From IMG/VR virus record IMGVR_UViG_3300029112_000175, positions 1,552-65,551 of that record: a stretch of 64,000 nt of DNA. The stretch is one strand, 5' to 3'. Positions 1-9,697 of the stretch are shown piece by piece. Origin of the DNA: a virus. A model generated the notes under the pieces. The model searched no databases. It saw only the letters and a list, made by a program, of their open reading frames with translations, and was not told the DNA's origin. The position numbers were made by a program, and so were the translations under genes. Positions within the stretch are counted from its first letter, which is position 1. Every line of letters starts with the position of its first letter.

Positions 1-587
1 ACCTTCAAATATATCTCAGCATAATACACACCATTTTGTAGTGCTTCCTTATGTGTTGCTACTGCCATATCTACTTTGTTACCTTTAATAGCACCACCAG
101 TATCTTCAGCAATGTATTCTACTCCGTTGATCATAACCGTACTTCCTAAAGGAATGATACGTGGGTCTACGCTTAAAGAACCAGGATGTACTTTTGTACC
201 AAGCTTGGTTAAACCTGTTCCTGTACCACAAATATGTTTATGTGGTTCAATACAATAGTGAGAAACTTTAAACCTTCCTAATGGAATATATTCAGTTTCT
301 GTATCGGACAAATATTCGGATTTTATGTAAGCGTAACCCGCCTCTGTTGTGATCTTGGACCAACCATCTACATCTTCTACTACTTGAAATTCTGTGTTTA
401 GCAGAGTCTTTCCTAAAATAGTAGAGTCTGTGTTCGGTTCCTCTCGAATATTGACGTTGGCAGATGTTGCGTATTTATAAGTGTAGTTTTCCTCGATTAG
501 TGTATTAAGTTCTTCTGCCTGCCCGAAGACAGGCGTACATAATGATAGGGATATCGCAAGCATCCCTGTGGTAAGTAATTTAACCAT
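1..587 (-). CDS. Secreted SH3b + 3D-domain cell-wall binding / lytic-transglycosylase-like protein (partial; C-terminus lies beyond window start)
   Basis: Not in ORF track because it runs off the edge. Manual minus-strand translation from ATG at 585-587 gives MVKLLTTGMLAISLSLCTPVFGQAEE (signal peptide). An SH3b-like block follows (ANVNIREEPNTDSTILGKTLLNTEFQVVEDVDGWSKI). Then a 3D-domain-like block (YCIEPHKHICGTGTG...DTGGAIKGNKVDMAV). No stop before position 1. Confidence 0.5.
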   Translation of the reverse strand, partial: MVKLLTTGMLAISLSLCTPVFGQAEELNTLIEENYTYKYATSANVNIREEPNTDSTILGKTLLNTEFQVVEDVDGWSKITTEAGYAYIKSEYLSDTETEYIPLGRFKVSHYCIEPHKHICGTGTGLTKLGTKVHPGSLSVDPRIIPLGSTVMINGVEYIAEDTGGAIKGNKVDMAVATHKEALQNGVYYAEIYLK

Positions 588-701
588 TTTTATAACTTCC
601 TTTCGTATGTGTATTAACCAGACTGGCTGTTATATATAAACGCTCGTCAGCGCAATTGCTATAAAACCTCTTACAGCCTTATAGCAAGTCGGATATCTAA
701 A

Positions 702-769
702 AGGAGCTGAATGGAATCGAACCACCGACTGTTCATCGAACACGGATACCATATCCTATCTCTCACTCC
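702..769 (-). tRNA. tRNA-like element with noncanonical anticodon hairpin
   Basis: Minus-strand sequence GGAGTGA-GA-GATA-GGATATGG-TATC-C-GTGTTCGATGAACAG-TC-GGTGG-TTCGATT-CCATT-CAGCTCC. The D-arm (GATA/TATC) is perfect, the T-loop TTCGATT is classic, and the acceptor pairs 5 of 7. The middle hairpin is TGTTC-GAT-GAACA, a 3-nt loop rather than a 7-nt anticodon loop. Confidence 0.35.
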
Positions 770-808
770 ACCATCCGACATATTTATATTCTCAGATTTA
801 TTTTATTT

Positions 809-1354
809 TTATCCTCTGAGTGCAGCTTCATGAATATCAGTGGTTGAACCGAAACCACCGTTACGAACTTCGGTTACATTGTCTGTCGTTGTCAAACCAT
901 ACGGCATAAAGATACCCTGAGAAAATCCCTGTCCCTGTGGAACACTGTATGTTTTATTGATGCAGGAATCGTTAGCAAGTTTAATCATGATGTGACCTTC
1001 GTTATCAGAATAAAAGTAATCCATATCTATGATGCCAACTCCATTTGTCAGCTTAATGCCATACTTAAATCCATGACCAGATCTTGGATAAATTGCTAAG
1101 TACCAACCATTTTTAATCTCGCAACGAATACCAGTAGGAATCTTCAAAGTTTCACCTGGTTCAATTGTGAAATCAAATGGTGCAAAGAAATCATGACCGG
1201 CACTGCCTGCAGTTGCTCTGACAGGAAGTTTGATGTGATTATAAAATTCTTCGATTTCTTCATCGAAATACTTATGCCCAAAAGTATCAACCATATCTTT
1301 CTTGAACTGCTCTAAGCTAACCTTTTTAAATTCTGCTACTCTCATGTTCTCCAT
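809..1354 (-). CDS. dut: dUTP diphosphatase (dUTPase) with ~30 aa N-terminal extension
   Basis: Five dUTPase motifs are present: AGSAGHD, PRSGHG, GIIDMDYFYSDNEG, QGFSQG, RNGGFGSTT. Confidence 0.8.
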   Translation of the reverse strand: MENMRVAEFKKVSLEQFKKDMVDTFGHKYFDEEIEEFYNHIKLPVRATAGSAGHDFFAPFDFTIEPGETLKIPTGIRCEIKNGWYLAIYPRSGHGFKYGIKLTNGVGIIDMDYFYSDNEGHIMIKLANDSCINKTYSVPQGQGFSQGIFMPYGLTTTDNVTEVRNGGFGSTTDIHEAALRG

Positions 1355-1357
1355 TTA

Positions 1358-1681
1358 TCATTCCTCCATATATAAAATTTTTCTGTTATCTAATTCAGTG
1401 ACAACCTCATTGAAATTCCTAATAACTTCTTCTCTTACGAGGTCTCTGCAGGTATTAGGTGTATAATAGAATGTCGTATATGAAATTCCTGTATTGGCAT
1501 CAAGTACATCCCATTCAATAGGAAACTCATCGTCTGCGAGATCAATTTTGATAGTTAGTGTAATGCTATCCTTATATAATCTTTCTCTAAAACGAAAAAT
1601 ATTCTTCAATGAATAGGATGGTTTGAAGCCAGCTTTGATAAGCATGTCAGGAGTTACATTTTTGTGTAATCTCAGCTCCAT
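1358..1681 (-). CDS. hypothetical protein
   Basis: ORF in compact minus-strand array; no recognisable motif. Confidence 0.4.
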   Translation of the reverse strand: MELRLHKNVTPDMLIKAGFKPSYSLKNIFRFRERLYKDSITLTIKIDLADDEFPIEWDVLDANTGISYTTFYYTPNTCRDLVREEVIRNFNEVVTELDNRKILYMEE

Positions 1682-2155
1682 TTACTTATTCTCCAAAATA
1701 TTTTTATTTAGATACGAAATGTACTTATCCCATTTACCGATAGAATGAATATATTCTTTACCTTTTAATCCTTTTAGTTTCATATCCGCACGAAGCTGCT
1801 CCCAAGTGAGCTTTTTAGTGACTAATGATTTTAAAAATGAATTGGTGCTATGTGTTAGCTCTATAAAGCGTTCACGAGGTAATTTAGCCACTATTTCTTT
1901 GTAGACAACTAAATCTTCGTCTGGGATAATATAAGTGCTGCGACATAAGTTTTTCGCACTATAAGGACTAATGCCAGCGCCACTTGTTCTAGGTTTTAAT
2001 AATGGGATAATTTTGTCAGAATCGACAAACTTGAATTCGAATGTTACTTCTGCATCAGTTTTCCTGATATTGAAAATCATGCTTGGATCAATCTCATTGA
2101 TTGCTTTGATAATGTTGTTTCCACGACCAATAGACGGGATATATGCTTGTAGCAC
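1682..2155 (-). CDS. hypothetical protein
   Basis: ORF in compact minus-strand array; abuts neighbouring ORF. Confidence 0.4.
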   Translation of the reverse strand: MLQAYIPSIGRGNNIIKAINEIDPSMIFNIRKTDAEVTFEFKFVDSDKIIPLLKPRTSGAGISPYSAKNLCRSTYIIPDEDLVVYKEIVAKLPRERFIELTHSTNSFLKSLVTKKLTWEQLRADMKLKGLKGKEYIHSIGKWDKYISYLNKNILENK

Positions 2156-2328
2156 ATTTCTTCCTTGATAAAAAATCTGAATGTTATTCTGGCAAGCAAT
2201 ATACAGGTCTATATCTTCATATGTTCCATTCAGTTTTCGTGGAAAGTCATTTTTGCTTAGGTCAATAGGAACCAGAATTCTGTAGACTCCTTTAAATTTA
2301 TCTATTAGAAAACTCGTAATCTCACTCC

Positions 2329-2604
2329 TTAATATTCTTCATAATATGTTTCGTGTTTCACCGTTGATTTATTCTTTTCTGCATTCTTTACTTTCTGCAA
2401 GGCTGTTTTCCTGTCCTGAAATACAATTTTATCTAAATCAGTATAATGTAGGAGGTAAGCGTGACGATCACGCTTATCACTCCCTACAAAATAATCATCT
2501 TCCACAGTACGGATAATTAGTTCACAGACTTCAAAAATTCCTGTCTGTGGAATTGCTCTTGCATAGTAAAGGATGTCTTTTTTATGAACATCTTCTTTAG
2601 TCAC
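2329..2604 (-). CDS. hypothetical protein
   Basis: ORF overlapping the nrdG start by 8 nt. Confidence 0.4.
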   Translation of the reverse strand: MTKEDVHKKDILYYARAIPQTGIFEVCELIIRTVEDDYFVGSDKRDRHAYLLHYTDLDKIVFQDRKTALQKVKNAEKNKSTVKHETYYEEY

Positions 2605-3220
2605 AATATAAGACCACCTTTTGTTGTTTTAATGTTTCTGGAATATTGATAACACGCTGATTTTTGCTACCTCGCCACTTCGTTGTTACATCTCTCTGTG
2701 CATCTACATATGGTCCATCTACAAGAACATCTACCATTTTTACAATGTCAATACGCTTTTCTTCCTCTTCTGTTGGAATTGTATTGATAAGCAATGGTTG
2801 TAAAATCTGTTCCAATGTATAACCGGTATATAGCCAGATTGTTTTTGCGGGATATAAAAGGCGGATTTGATCGAAATTTTGTGATGAAAAATCACCCATT
2901 TTACAATGAATTTCAGGGGTCAAATTTGGAGAAGCAGGATATTCAGTGCGAATTTCTTGCAAAAGATCTAAGATACCATCAAGATTTGAAGACGCTAATG
3001 GTTCACCTCCAAGAATTGATATTCTTTTTATATACGGTTTGTCAATTAAATCTAAAAAGTGTTTTTTTGTATCATTATTCCATTCTTTTCCACCATTAAA
3101 ATCCCATGCTGTTGAATTAAAACAGTTGTAACATTGAAAAGGACAGCCTTGGACGAACAAAGATACTCCTATGTTCTCTCCATTTGTAATGTCCATAGAT
3201 CTCATAGAAGCATATCTCAT
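2597..3220 (-). CDS. nrdG: Anaerobic ribonucleoside-triphosphate reductase activating protein (radical SAM)
   Basis: GCPFQCYNCFN cluster motif near the N-terminus. Size is ~207 aa. It sits immediately downstream of nrdD with a start/stop overlap. Confidence 0.8.
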   Translation of the reverse strand: MRYASMRSMDITNGENIGVSLFVQGCPFQCYNCFNSTAWDFNGGKEWNNDTKKHFLDLIDKPYIKRISILGGEPLASSNLDGILDLLQEIRTEYPASPNLTPEIHCKMGDFSSQNFDQIRLLYPAKTIWLYTGYTLEQILQPLLINTIPTEEEEKRIDIVKMVDVLVDGPYVDAQRDVTTKWRGSKNQRVINIPETLKQQKVVLYCD

Positions 3221-5467
3221 TTAAATCTCCTCATCTTCAACATCGTCAAGATGGTAAACACGGTCGTGGATATCTCCATATCTTCCTTGGTTTCCACCAT
3301 TTTTTGCAGTTCCAATATATCCGCATACTCTGAAAGCAATATCCATCGTAGTATTGTCAGTATTCCCACAATTAGGGCATTCCCACTTTAATTTGTTGTT
3401 TTCATCTGCAACTAACGGAATGTCACCATCATATCCACATTTCTCACAATAACAACTCTTAGTATTGATTTCGGCATACATAATATTGTTATAAATGAAC
3501 TTAATTACTTCCAATAAAGCTGGGATGTTATGATTCATACTCGGAACCTCGATGTAAGAAATTGCTCCTCCTGGACTTAATTTCTGGAATTTTGATTCAA
3601 TTCTTAATTTTTCAAATGCAGTAATAGGTTCAAATACAGGAATATGATATGAATTCGTGATATAGTTTCTGTCAAACCCATCTAATTTTACAAAGACATC
3701 ATTTCCAAAACGAGATTTTAAACATTTTGCAAATTTATACGTTGTGCTCTCAATTGGGGATCCATATAAACTATAATCAATATTCTCTTTTTCTTTCCAC
3801 TGGTTGCATTTATCATTTAATGCCTGCATAACTTTTAATCCGAATTCTTCCCCAATGCCTTCATCTGAATGGGAATGACCTGTCATATATTTTACACATT
3901 CATATAAACCAGCATAACCTAATGAGATTGTTGAATATCCATCATATAAAAGTCTGTCAATTTTTTCATGCTTTTTCAATCTTGCATATGCACCATGCTG
4001 CCATAAAATAGGCGCTACATCTGATAAAGTTCCTAACAAACGATCATGCCTTGCTCTTAATGCTTTGTGACATAATTCTGTTCTTTCTTCAAAAATCTCC
4101 CAGAATCTATCGAAATCGCCTTCAGAAGACAAAGCAATGTCCGGTAAACTAATTGTTACTACACCTTGATTGAATCTTCCATAATATTTATGTTTGGTTG
4201 GATCAAAATTTTTAGAATTGGAAATATTCCCACATGTTTTAGAAAAGCGATCTACGGTAAGAAAACTGCGACAACCCATGCAAGTGTAAACATCGCCTTT
4301 TAATTCAAGCATCATTTTTTCAGAGATATAATCAGGAACAAGACGTTTAGAAGAGCATTCGGCAGCTAACTGTGTTAAAGACCAATATGGTGAATCTTCC
4401 TGGATGTTATCATTTTCAAGAACATAGATTAATTTAGGAAATGCGGGTGCAACATATGCCCCGTCTTCATTTTTTACTCCTAAAATTCGCTGACGAAGCA
4501 TTTCTTCGATTAGTAAAGCTAAATCATATTTTTCCTGTTCATTTTTTGCTTCATTTAAGTACATAAAAATACTGATAAATGGGGCCTGTCCGTTGGTTGT
4601 CATAAGAGTTACCAATTGATACTGGATTGTCTGAATTCCTTTTTCAATCTCTTCTTTTAATCGTTTTTCGACAATATTATTAATTAACTGTTCTTTAGAT
4701 AATACATAGATATTTTCAACTAAGGTTAATTCTTCATCTACCTGTTTGCGAATTTTTTGTCTGCTGATATCTACAAATGGAGCCAGATGAGCTAAGGAAA
4801 TACTTTGTCCACCATACTGATTACTAGCAATCTGTGCAATTGCCTGTGTAGCAATATTGCAAGCAGTAGAAAATGCATGTGGTTTTTCAATTAACACTTC
4901 GCTAATTACAGTATTATTCTGAAGCATATCTTCAAGATTAACTAATCCGCAGTTATGCATATGCTGGATAAAGTAATCTGCATCATGAAAATGAATCTGT
5001 CCTTCCATATGAGCCTGAATAATTTCAGGTGAAAGTAAATATCTTTTGGTTGCATCTGTACTTACCGATCCAGCAATATAATCTCTTTTAGTTGGATTTA
5101 ACACGGGATTTTTATTGGCATTTTCGTCTTTCCAATATTCATCAAGGTCTTCTACTAATCTTAAAATTTCATCATCTGTCGTATTACTATTTTCACGCTG
5201 AAATTCTCTGATGCTTCTATAACCCTCATATGCTTTTGCAGTAAGACGCTGTTTTTTTGTGATTAGTTTATCGTAAACCATTGATTCAATTTCGGAAATA
5301 TTTACCTCGTCTTTATCCTTGCATTCTAGTTCAATTTCTGTCGCAATATCCTCTGCAATTTTAGGTTTTACAATGCCTGAGCCATTCTTCATTGCCTTTA
5401 AAATAGCAGAAGAAATTTTAGACTTGTCAAATGGTACTTCTGTACAATCTCTTTTAATAACCTGCAT
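3221..5467 (-). CDS. nrdD: Anaerobic ribonucleoside-triphosphate reductase (class III RNR)
   Basis: N-terminal ATP-cone (VIKRDCTEVPFDKSKI). C-terminal Zn ribbon (CEKCGYDG...CPNCG). Glycyl-radical motif FRVCGYIG. Strong SD AGGAGGATAAG before the ATG. Confidence 0.9.
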   Translation of the reverse strand: MQVIKRDCTEVPFDKSKISSAILKAMKNGSGIVKPKIAEDIATEIELECKDKDEVNISEIESMVYDKLITKKQRLTAKAYEGYRSIREFQRENSNTTDDEILRLVEDLDEYWKDENANKNPVLNPTKRDYIAGSVSTDATKRYLLSPEIIQAHMEGQIHFHDADYFIQHMHNCGLVNLEDMLQNNTVISEVLIEKPHAFSTACNIATQAIAQIASNQYGGQSISLAHLAPFVDISRQKIRKQVDEELTLVENIYVLSKEQLINNIVEKRLKEEIEKGIQTIQYQLVTLMTTNGQAPFISIFMYLNEAKNEQEKYDLALLIEEMLRQRILGVKNEDGAYVAPAFPKLIYVLENDNIQEDSPYWSLTQLAAECSSKRLVPDYISEKMMLELKGDVYTCMGCRSFLTVDRFSKTCGNISNSKNFDPTKHKYYGRFNQGVVTISLPDIALSSEGDFDRFWEIFEERTELCHKALRARHDRLLGTLSDVAPILWQHGAYARLKKHEKIDRLLYDGYSTISLGYAGLYECVKYMTGHSHSDEGIGEEFGLKVMQALNDKCNQWKEKENIDYSLYGSPIESTTYKFAKCLKSRFGNDVFVKLDGFDRNYITNSYHIPVFEPITAFEKLRIESKFQKLSPGGAISYIEVPSMNHNIPALLEVIKFIYNNIMYAEINTKSCYCEKCGYDGDIPLVADENNKLKWECPNCGNTDNTTMDIAFRVCGYIGTAKNGGNQGRYGDIHDRVYHLDDVEDEEI

Positions 5468-5478
5468 CTCTTATCCTC

Positions 5479-5670
5479 CTATTTCCTACATGCATCTACG
5501 ATTGTTCGCCAATCTTCGATGAAAAATTTATAATTATTATCTTCATTGCAGAAATTCGTTAAGTTACTCCAACTTTGGTGATAACTTGGAACTGCTGTAC
5601 ATCGATAACATTTATCTTTCTTTTTGCATTTTTCTGCTAGACACATGGTAATATCAGCCATATATACCAC
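5479..5670 (-). CDS. small Cys-rich hypothetical protein
   Basis: ORF-track start is GTG; an internal ATG (MADITMC...) has SD GAGGTGG. Confidence 0.4.
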   Translation of the reverse strand: MVYMADITMCLAEKCKKKDKCYRCTAVPSYHQSWSNLTNFCNEDNNYKFFIEDWRTIVDACRK

Positions 5671-5671
5671 C

Positions 5672-5812
5672 TCACATATCCTTAATTAGCACTTTAAGTT
5701 TTTCCAAATGCTTATATTTTTCTGACGAATACTTTGTATGATCCTTGGCAATCATCTTGGTCTGTTTTTCACAGATTAACTCAATAAGCAACTTCTTATC
5801 ATTCTTTGTCAT
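5672..5812 (-). CDS. small hypothetical protein (46 aa, not in ORF track)
   Basis: Manual translation gives MTKNDKKLLIELICEKQTKMIAKDHTKYSSEKYKHLEKLKVLIKDM. Its ATG overlaps the TGA of the upstream ORF as ATGA. Confidence 0.35.
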   Translation of the reverse strand: MTKNDKKLLIELICEKQTKMIAKDHTKYSSEKYKHLEKLKVLIKDM

Positions 5813-5994
5813 CTTAACAAACACCCACTTCCTGTTTCTCTAATTTTTAAACACCTATGAGAACTTGGTGTGTCACCACATCCAAATACCCTTCCGATGT
5901 TCTCAATAATATATTCTCTATTATTTAGCATTACAGTGATAAAATCATTTTCCTTAAGTAATTCCTTTGCAAGCATTTCTGAATTAGTGATCAA
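5809..5994 (-). CDS. hypothetical protein
   Basis: ORF in array. Confidence 0.35.
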   Translation of the reverse strand: MITNSEMLAKELLKENDFITVMLNNREYIIENIGRVFGCGDTPSSHRCLKIRETGSGCLLR

Positions 5995-6563
5995 AACTTA
6001 ATATCACCACCGATCAGCTTAAGATATACGTCTGTCCAGTTATATAATCTTTCTCCATACCAATCTTTGTTCCACTCATATAAATCACCAAAACAGAATT
6101 TATACTGAGCATTTGATGTTCTAAGATTGTTAGCATTATCATCGATAAAGATACCGCCATACATATCTACACACGATTTATCATTATGTTTATCTAAATC
6201 TACACCAATGAATTTAATATCAGGGAATTGTGCTTTGATCCAAGCTTCTTTGAGAAGTAAATTAGGTGAATACCCATGAGATACAACTGTTACATCATAG
6301 GCTTTACAGAGAATTGAGATAACTTCTTTTGCCCACGGCATAAAGTTTAGCCTGTCAAAAAATCGCTGCTGATTAAAATAGCAGTCAATATAATCTGGTG
6401 TAGCACATTTACACTCTTTAAAGCACCATGTCTCCACCCTCCACCAAGGGACATACTGAAAATCAGGATAAGCGGCAAAATCTTCATTATATAAAGAAAT
6501 GATTCCTTCAATAGTATTTGTGATCACACCATCAAAATCTAAAAATAATTTCTTTCTTATCAT
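5991..6563 (-). CDS. HAD-family 5'(3')-deoxyribonucleotidase
   Basis: N-terminal DFDGVI motif (DxDx[TV]). Size and pattern match NT5C-like phage nucleotidases. Confidence 0.7.
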   Translation of the reverse strand: MIRKKLFLDFDGVITNTIEGIISLYNEDFAAYPDFQYVPWWRVETWCFKECKCATPDYIDCYFNQQRFFDRLNFMPWAKEVISILCKAYDVTVVSHGYSPNLLLKEAWIKAQFPDIKFIGVDLDKHNDKSCVDMYGGIFIDDNANNLRTSNAQYKFCFGDLYEWNKDWYGERLYNWTDVYLKLIGGDIKF

Positions 6564-7111
6564 ACATGATCCTCCAGATATTCATTAATATAGTTTAATG
6601 TCTGGTCAAGATCGTCATTGTAGTTGTTATAGCAGATTCTATCTACTACAGTTTCAAAGCCTTTAAAATCATCATTATCAGTTTTTACCCTACGCTCTGC
6701 TTCCTTATCATCATCTCCACGATCCTTTAATCTTTTCTTAATGGTAGAATTATTAGCATAGATATAAAGTAACTTATGCTGCACAGAATAATTCTCGGTG
6801 ATGTCTTTGTATCCAGCCGGTGTTACAATCAGCAAATCTTTTGGACCAGCATTTACTACATCTTCTGTCGCTACACCATAATGGCATCTACCAAATTCTG
6901 CATCATATACCTTATATTCTGCAAAAAATCCTTCTTCTATCTTTTTTTCGAACTCTTCTTCGGAAATAAAATGGTAGTCAATTCCATCTACTTCCTTATT
7001 TCTAATAGGTCTTGTAGTGTATGTGACAATTTTCTTGTATCCGAACTTTTTGCAAAGCTCAGATACAATTCTTGTCTTTCCACTACAGGTCTTACCTGCA
7101 ATAAAAATCAT
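6560..7111 (-). CDS. Guanylate kinase-like (d)NMP kinase
   Basis: P-loop GKTCSGKT, then TYTTRPIR (the Gmk TTR..R motif) and an EYKVYD..YG block. Confidence 0.7.
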   Translation of the reverse strand: MIFIAGKTCSGKTRIVSELCKKFGYKKIVTYTTRPIRNKEVDGIDYHFISEEEFEKKIEEGFFAEYKVYDAEFGRCHYGVATEDVVNAGPKDLLIVTPAGYKDITENYSVQHKLLYIYANNSTIKKRLKDRGDDDKEAERRVKTDNDDFKGFETVVDRICYNNYNDDLDQTLNYINEYLEDHV

Positions 7112-7347
7112 ACGTTATCTCTCCACATCTTCATATCTTTATAGAATTTATCCAGGACAACAGGATTAGATGTATTAATAGAAACAATACACTTCTTATT
7201 AAAACCTGCTGAAATTACGCCTAATAATGATTTGGCATCGACAACATAATGGTCAAATCTATAGTCGATGCTCTCTGTATATTCATTACACTGAGCAACA
7301 AATAAACCTGCATCCTGAACATTGTTTAATTGGATTATCATCTCCAT
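7108..7347 (-). CDS. HPr/Crh-like phosphocarrier-fold protein lacking the catalytic His15
   Basis: Alignable to HPr over its full length. GLFVAQ occupies the GIHARPA position, so His15 is Phe and Arg17 is Ala. The Ser46 region KSLLGVISAGFNKKCIVSI matches KSIMGVMSLGIAKGAEITI. Confidence 0.6.
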   Translation of the reverse strand: MEMIIQLNNVQDAGLFVAQCNEYTESIDYRFDHYVVDAKSLLGVISAGFNKKCIVSINTSNPVVLDKFYKDMKMWRDNV

Positions 7348-7362
7348 TTATATATTCTCCTT

Positions 7363-9357
7363 TTACTGATGAATCATTGCCATTAGCTCTTCTTCTGTAA
7401 TGATCGGAATACCTAATGATTTTGCTTTCTTATTCTTCGAGCTGCTAGAATTAATATCATTATTTACGAGGTATGAAGTCTTGGCGCTCACAGTATCAGA
7501 TACCTTACCACCATATGCCAAGATCTCCGCTTTAGCAGCGTCTCGAATGGTATAGTGATTTAAACTACCAGTAATGACAAATGTCCTACCTTCCAACTTT
7601 TTAGAGTCTACGGCATTCATAGCTTCTTTTAGTGGAGATACTGGCAGTTCAAAGATAAACTCTGTAGAAAGATCCATTACATCATCTATATGTTTCTTGA
7701 AATAAGTATTCATAGAGCCAATAAGTGAATCACCTACACCTGGCAGATGTCTGAAATAATCTGCTCCTTCTACAGTCATTACATGAATGAATGTTCCGTA
7801 ATCACTATCTACTGCTTCAGCGATTGCAGCACTTGCTGTCTTACCCAAAAGTGGAATTGAAAGTGAATATAGGAAACGAGATAAAGTTGTATTACGACTT
7901 GCTTCGATAGAGCTAAGAAGTTTATCTACAGACTTTTTGCCAAAACCATCTAAGGTTTTCATTACTTTTTCATGGGAATGTAGATAATAAATATCTTTAA
8001 TGGAAGTGAGCCAACCAAGAGAAATGAATTTTTCGATTGTTGACTCTGACAGGCCATCAATATTTAATGCATTGCGGCTTACTGCGTGAGTAAGTTTTCC
8101 AAGGAGTTTACCTTTACAATCTGGATTAGTACAAAAAAGCTGTTTGGAGTCATTTTCTTTTATAATCTGAGTCTTACCACCACAAATAGGACAAGTATCA
8201 GGAATGTGGATAAATTGAATATTTGCACTACAGCTATCAGTTTTTTCTCCCCATGTCACCTGCGGTATAATTTGGTTTTTCTTGCATACGCCAATTTCCT
8301 GACCTTTGAATGGTTTATGTAAAAGATCAGCCATAATAGAAATGTTATGCAATGAAGCCCTTTCAACAATTGTCTGTTCTAGTTCCACGGGTTCAAAGAC
8401 CGCAACAGGAGTTAAAACGCCAGTCTTACCCATTCCCCATTCAATATCTTTTAATGTGGTTGTAACTTCCTCATCATAAAATTTAAATGCTAAGGAATGT
8501 CTCGGATGATGTCCTGTCATACCAAGAGATTTACCATATTCTACATCATTGTATGTAATAACGAGACCATCGATAGGATATGATTTTTCTTCTGCGACAG
8601 CTTTTAATTCATCAATGATCTTATTAATGTCATCTTTATCACTGTTATAAAGAATGTATGGAACAACTTCAAAACCTTGCTCTTTTGCATAATTAAATCC
8701 ATCAGTAAATCTTGTAAATCCATATGGCACTTTCCATGCAACAAATCTTATATGACGTTCTTTTGCAATCTTACTATCCAGCTGACGTACCGATCCAGAA
8801 GCAAGATTTCTTGGATTCTTATACTTATCGTCCTCTGCTAATTTACTATTGATCTTTTCAAAATCTTCTTTGGTGATAATTGCTTCGCCTTCGATTTCAA
8901 ACTTATGCGTATTTGAAACCTTTAGCGGTAAATTATCAAAGACTTTAGCATTATGAGTGATCAATTCACCAATCTCACCATTGCCACGAGTTTCACCCTG
9001 AATTAAGCTGCCATTCTCAAAAGTACATAGTGTTGTTAATCCGTCTAACTTTAAAGAAATAATACAATCTCTTCCATCAGAAAACTTAACTAGATCATCT
9101 GTTGCTTTGGTTTTGTCCAAAGATAACATTGGATGTGAGTGTGTTATCTTTTCCAGTTTTGACTTTACTTCATACCCTACTGTCTGGGTAGGTGAGTTAC
9201 CATAAATAATATTCGTTTCATGCTCTAACTGCTCTAACTCATCATACAGATTGTCGTATTCATAATCACTCATTGGACTATTTGAGTTATTATAATACTG
9301 ATTACGAGCATCATTTAGAACTGTAATAAGCTCTTTAATTCTCTGTACTTTGTCCAT
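7363..9357 (-). CDS. ligA: NAD-dependent DNA ligase
   Basis: KLDG adenylation motif (ISLKLDGLT). Zn finger CPICGGK...CTNPDC. C-terminal HhH/BRCT region. 664 aa. SD AAGGAGCG before the ATG. Confidence 0.9.
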   Translation of the reverse strand: MDKVQRIKELITVLNDARNQYYNNSNSPMSDYEYDNLYDELEQLEHETNIIYGNSPTQTVGYEVKSKLEKITHSHPMLSLDKTKATDDLVKFSDGRDCIISLKLDGLTTLCTFENGSLIQGETRGNGEIGELITHNAKVFDNLPLKVSNTHKFEIEGEAIITKEDFEKINSKLAEDDKYKNPRNLASGSVRQLDSKIAKERHIRFVAWKVPYGFTRFTDGFNYAKEQGFEVVPYILYNSDKDDINKIIDELKAVAEEKSYPIDGLVITYNDVEYGKSLGMTGHHPRHSLAFKFYDEEVTTTLKDIEWGMGKTGVLTPVAVFEPVELEQTIVERASLHNISIMADLLHKPFKGQEIGVCKKNQIIPQVTWGEKTDSCSANIQFIHIPDTCPICGGKTQIIKENDSKQLFCTNPDCKGKLLGKLTHAVSRNALNIDGLSESTIEKFISLGWLTSIKDIYYLHSHEKVMKTLDGFGKKSVDKLLSSIEASRNTTLSRFLYSLSIPLLGKTASAAIAEAVDSDYGTFIHVMTVEGADYFRHLPGVGDSLIGSMNTYFKKHIDDVMDLSTEFIFELPVSPLKEAMNAVDSKKLEGRTFVITGSLNHYTIRDAAKAEILAYGGKVSDTVSAKTSYLVNNDINSSSSKNKKAKSLGIPIITEEELMAMIHQ

Positions 9358-9550
9358 TTTCGCTCCTTTCTTTCTTATCTAATTGTTCTAACAGATTACT
9401 GCCAAAACAAATAACTCCGTCTATAAAACTTACATATTCCTTATTTTCTACATCATACGCCCATTCTAACGAATCTTTAATAGTGGTAAATAAGGCGTTG
9501 AAAACATCATTTCTTCCCATAGTTTTATTCTCCTTTTTCAACAAAAACAT
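9335..9550 (-). CDS. hypothetical protein
   Basis: ORF in array. Confidence 0.35.
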   Translation of the reverse strand: MFLLKKENKTMGRNDVFNALFTTIKDSLEWAYDVENKEYVSFIDGVICFGSNLLEQLDKKERSENGQSTEN

Positions 9551-9574
9551 CTGATTTTAAGATACAAAATGCCC

Positions 9575-9640
9575 GAACACAAGCGTGTGAACCACTGCGC
9601 CGGATGGTTCTTTGTTCTCTACCCACTTTTTCATAGTATC
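9575..9640 (-). terminator. GC-rich hairpin cluster, candidate intrinsic terminator downstream of 9698..10411
   Basis: GAACCACTGCGCCGGATGGTTC is an inverted repeat and CACAAGCGTGTG is a palindrome. Both sit in an otherwise AT-rich intergenic gap, flanked by T-rich runs. Confidence 0.35.
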
Positions 9641-9697
9641 CTCCACAAAATCTTAATTTTGCTTACCATTCATGCTGCCCTGCTTTAATTTCAAACT

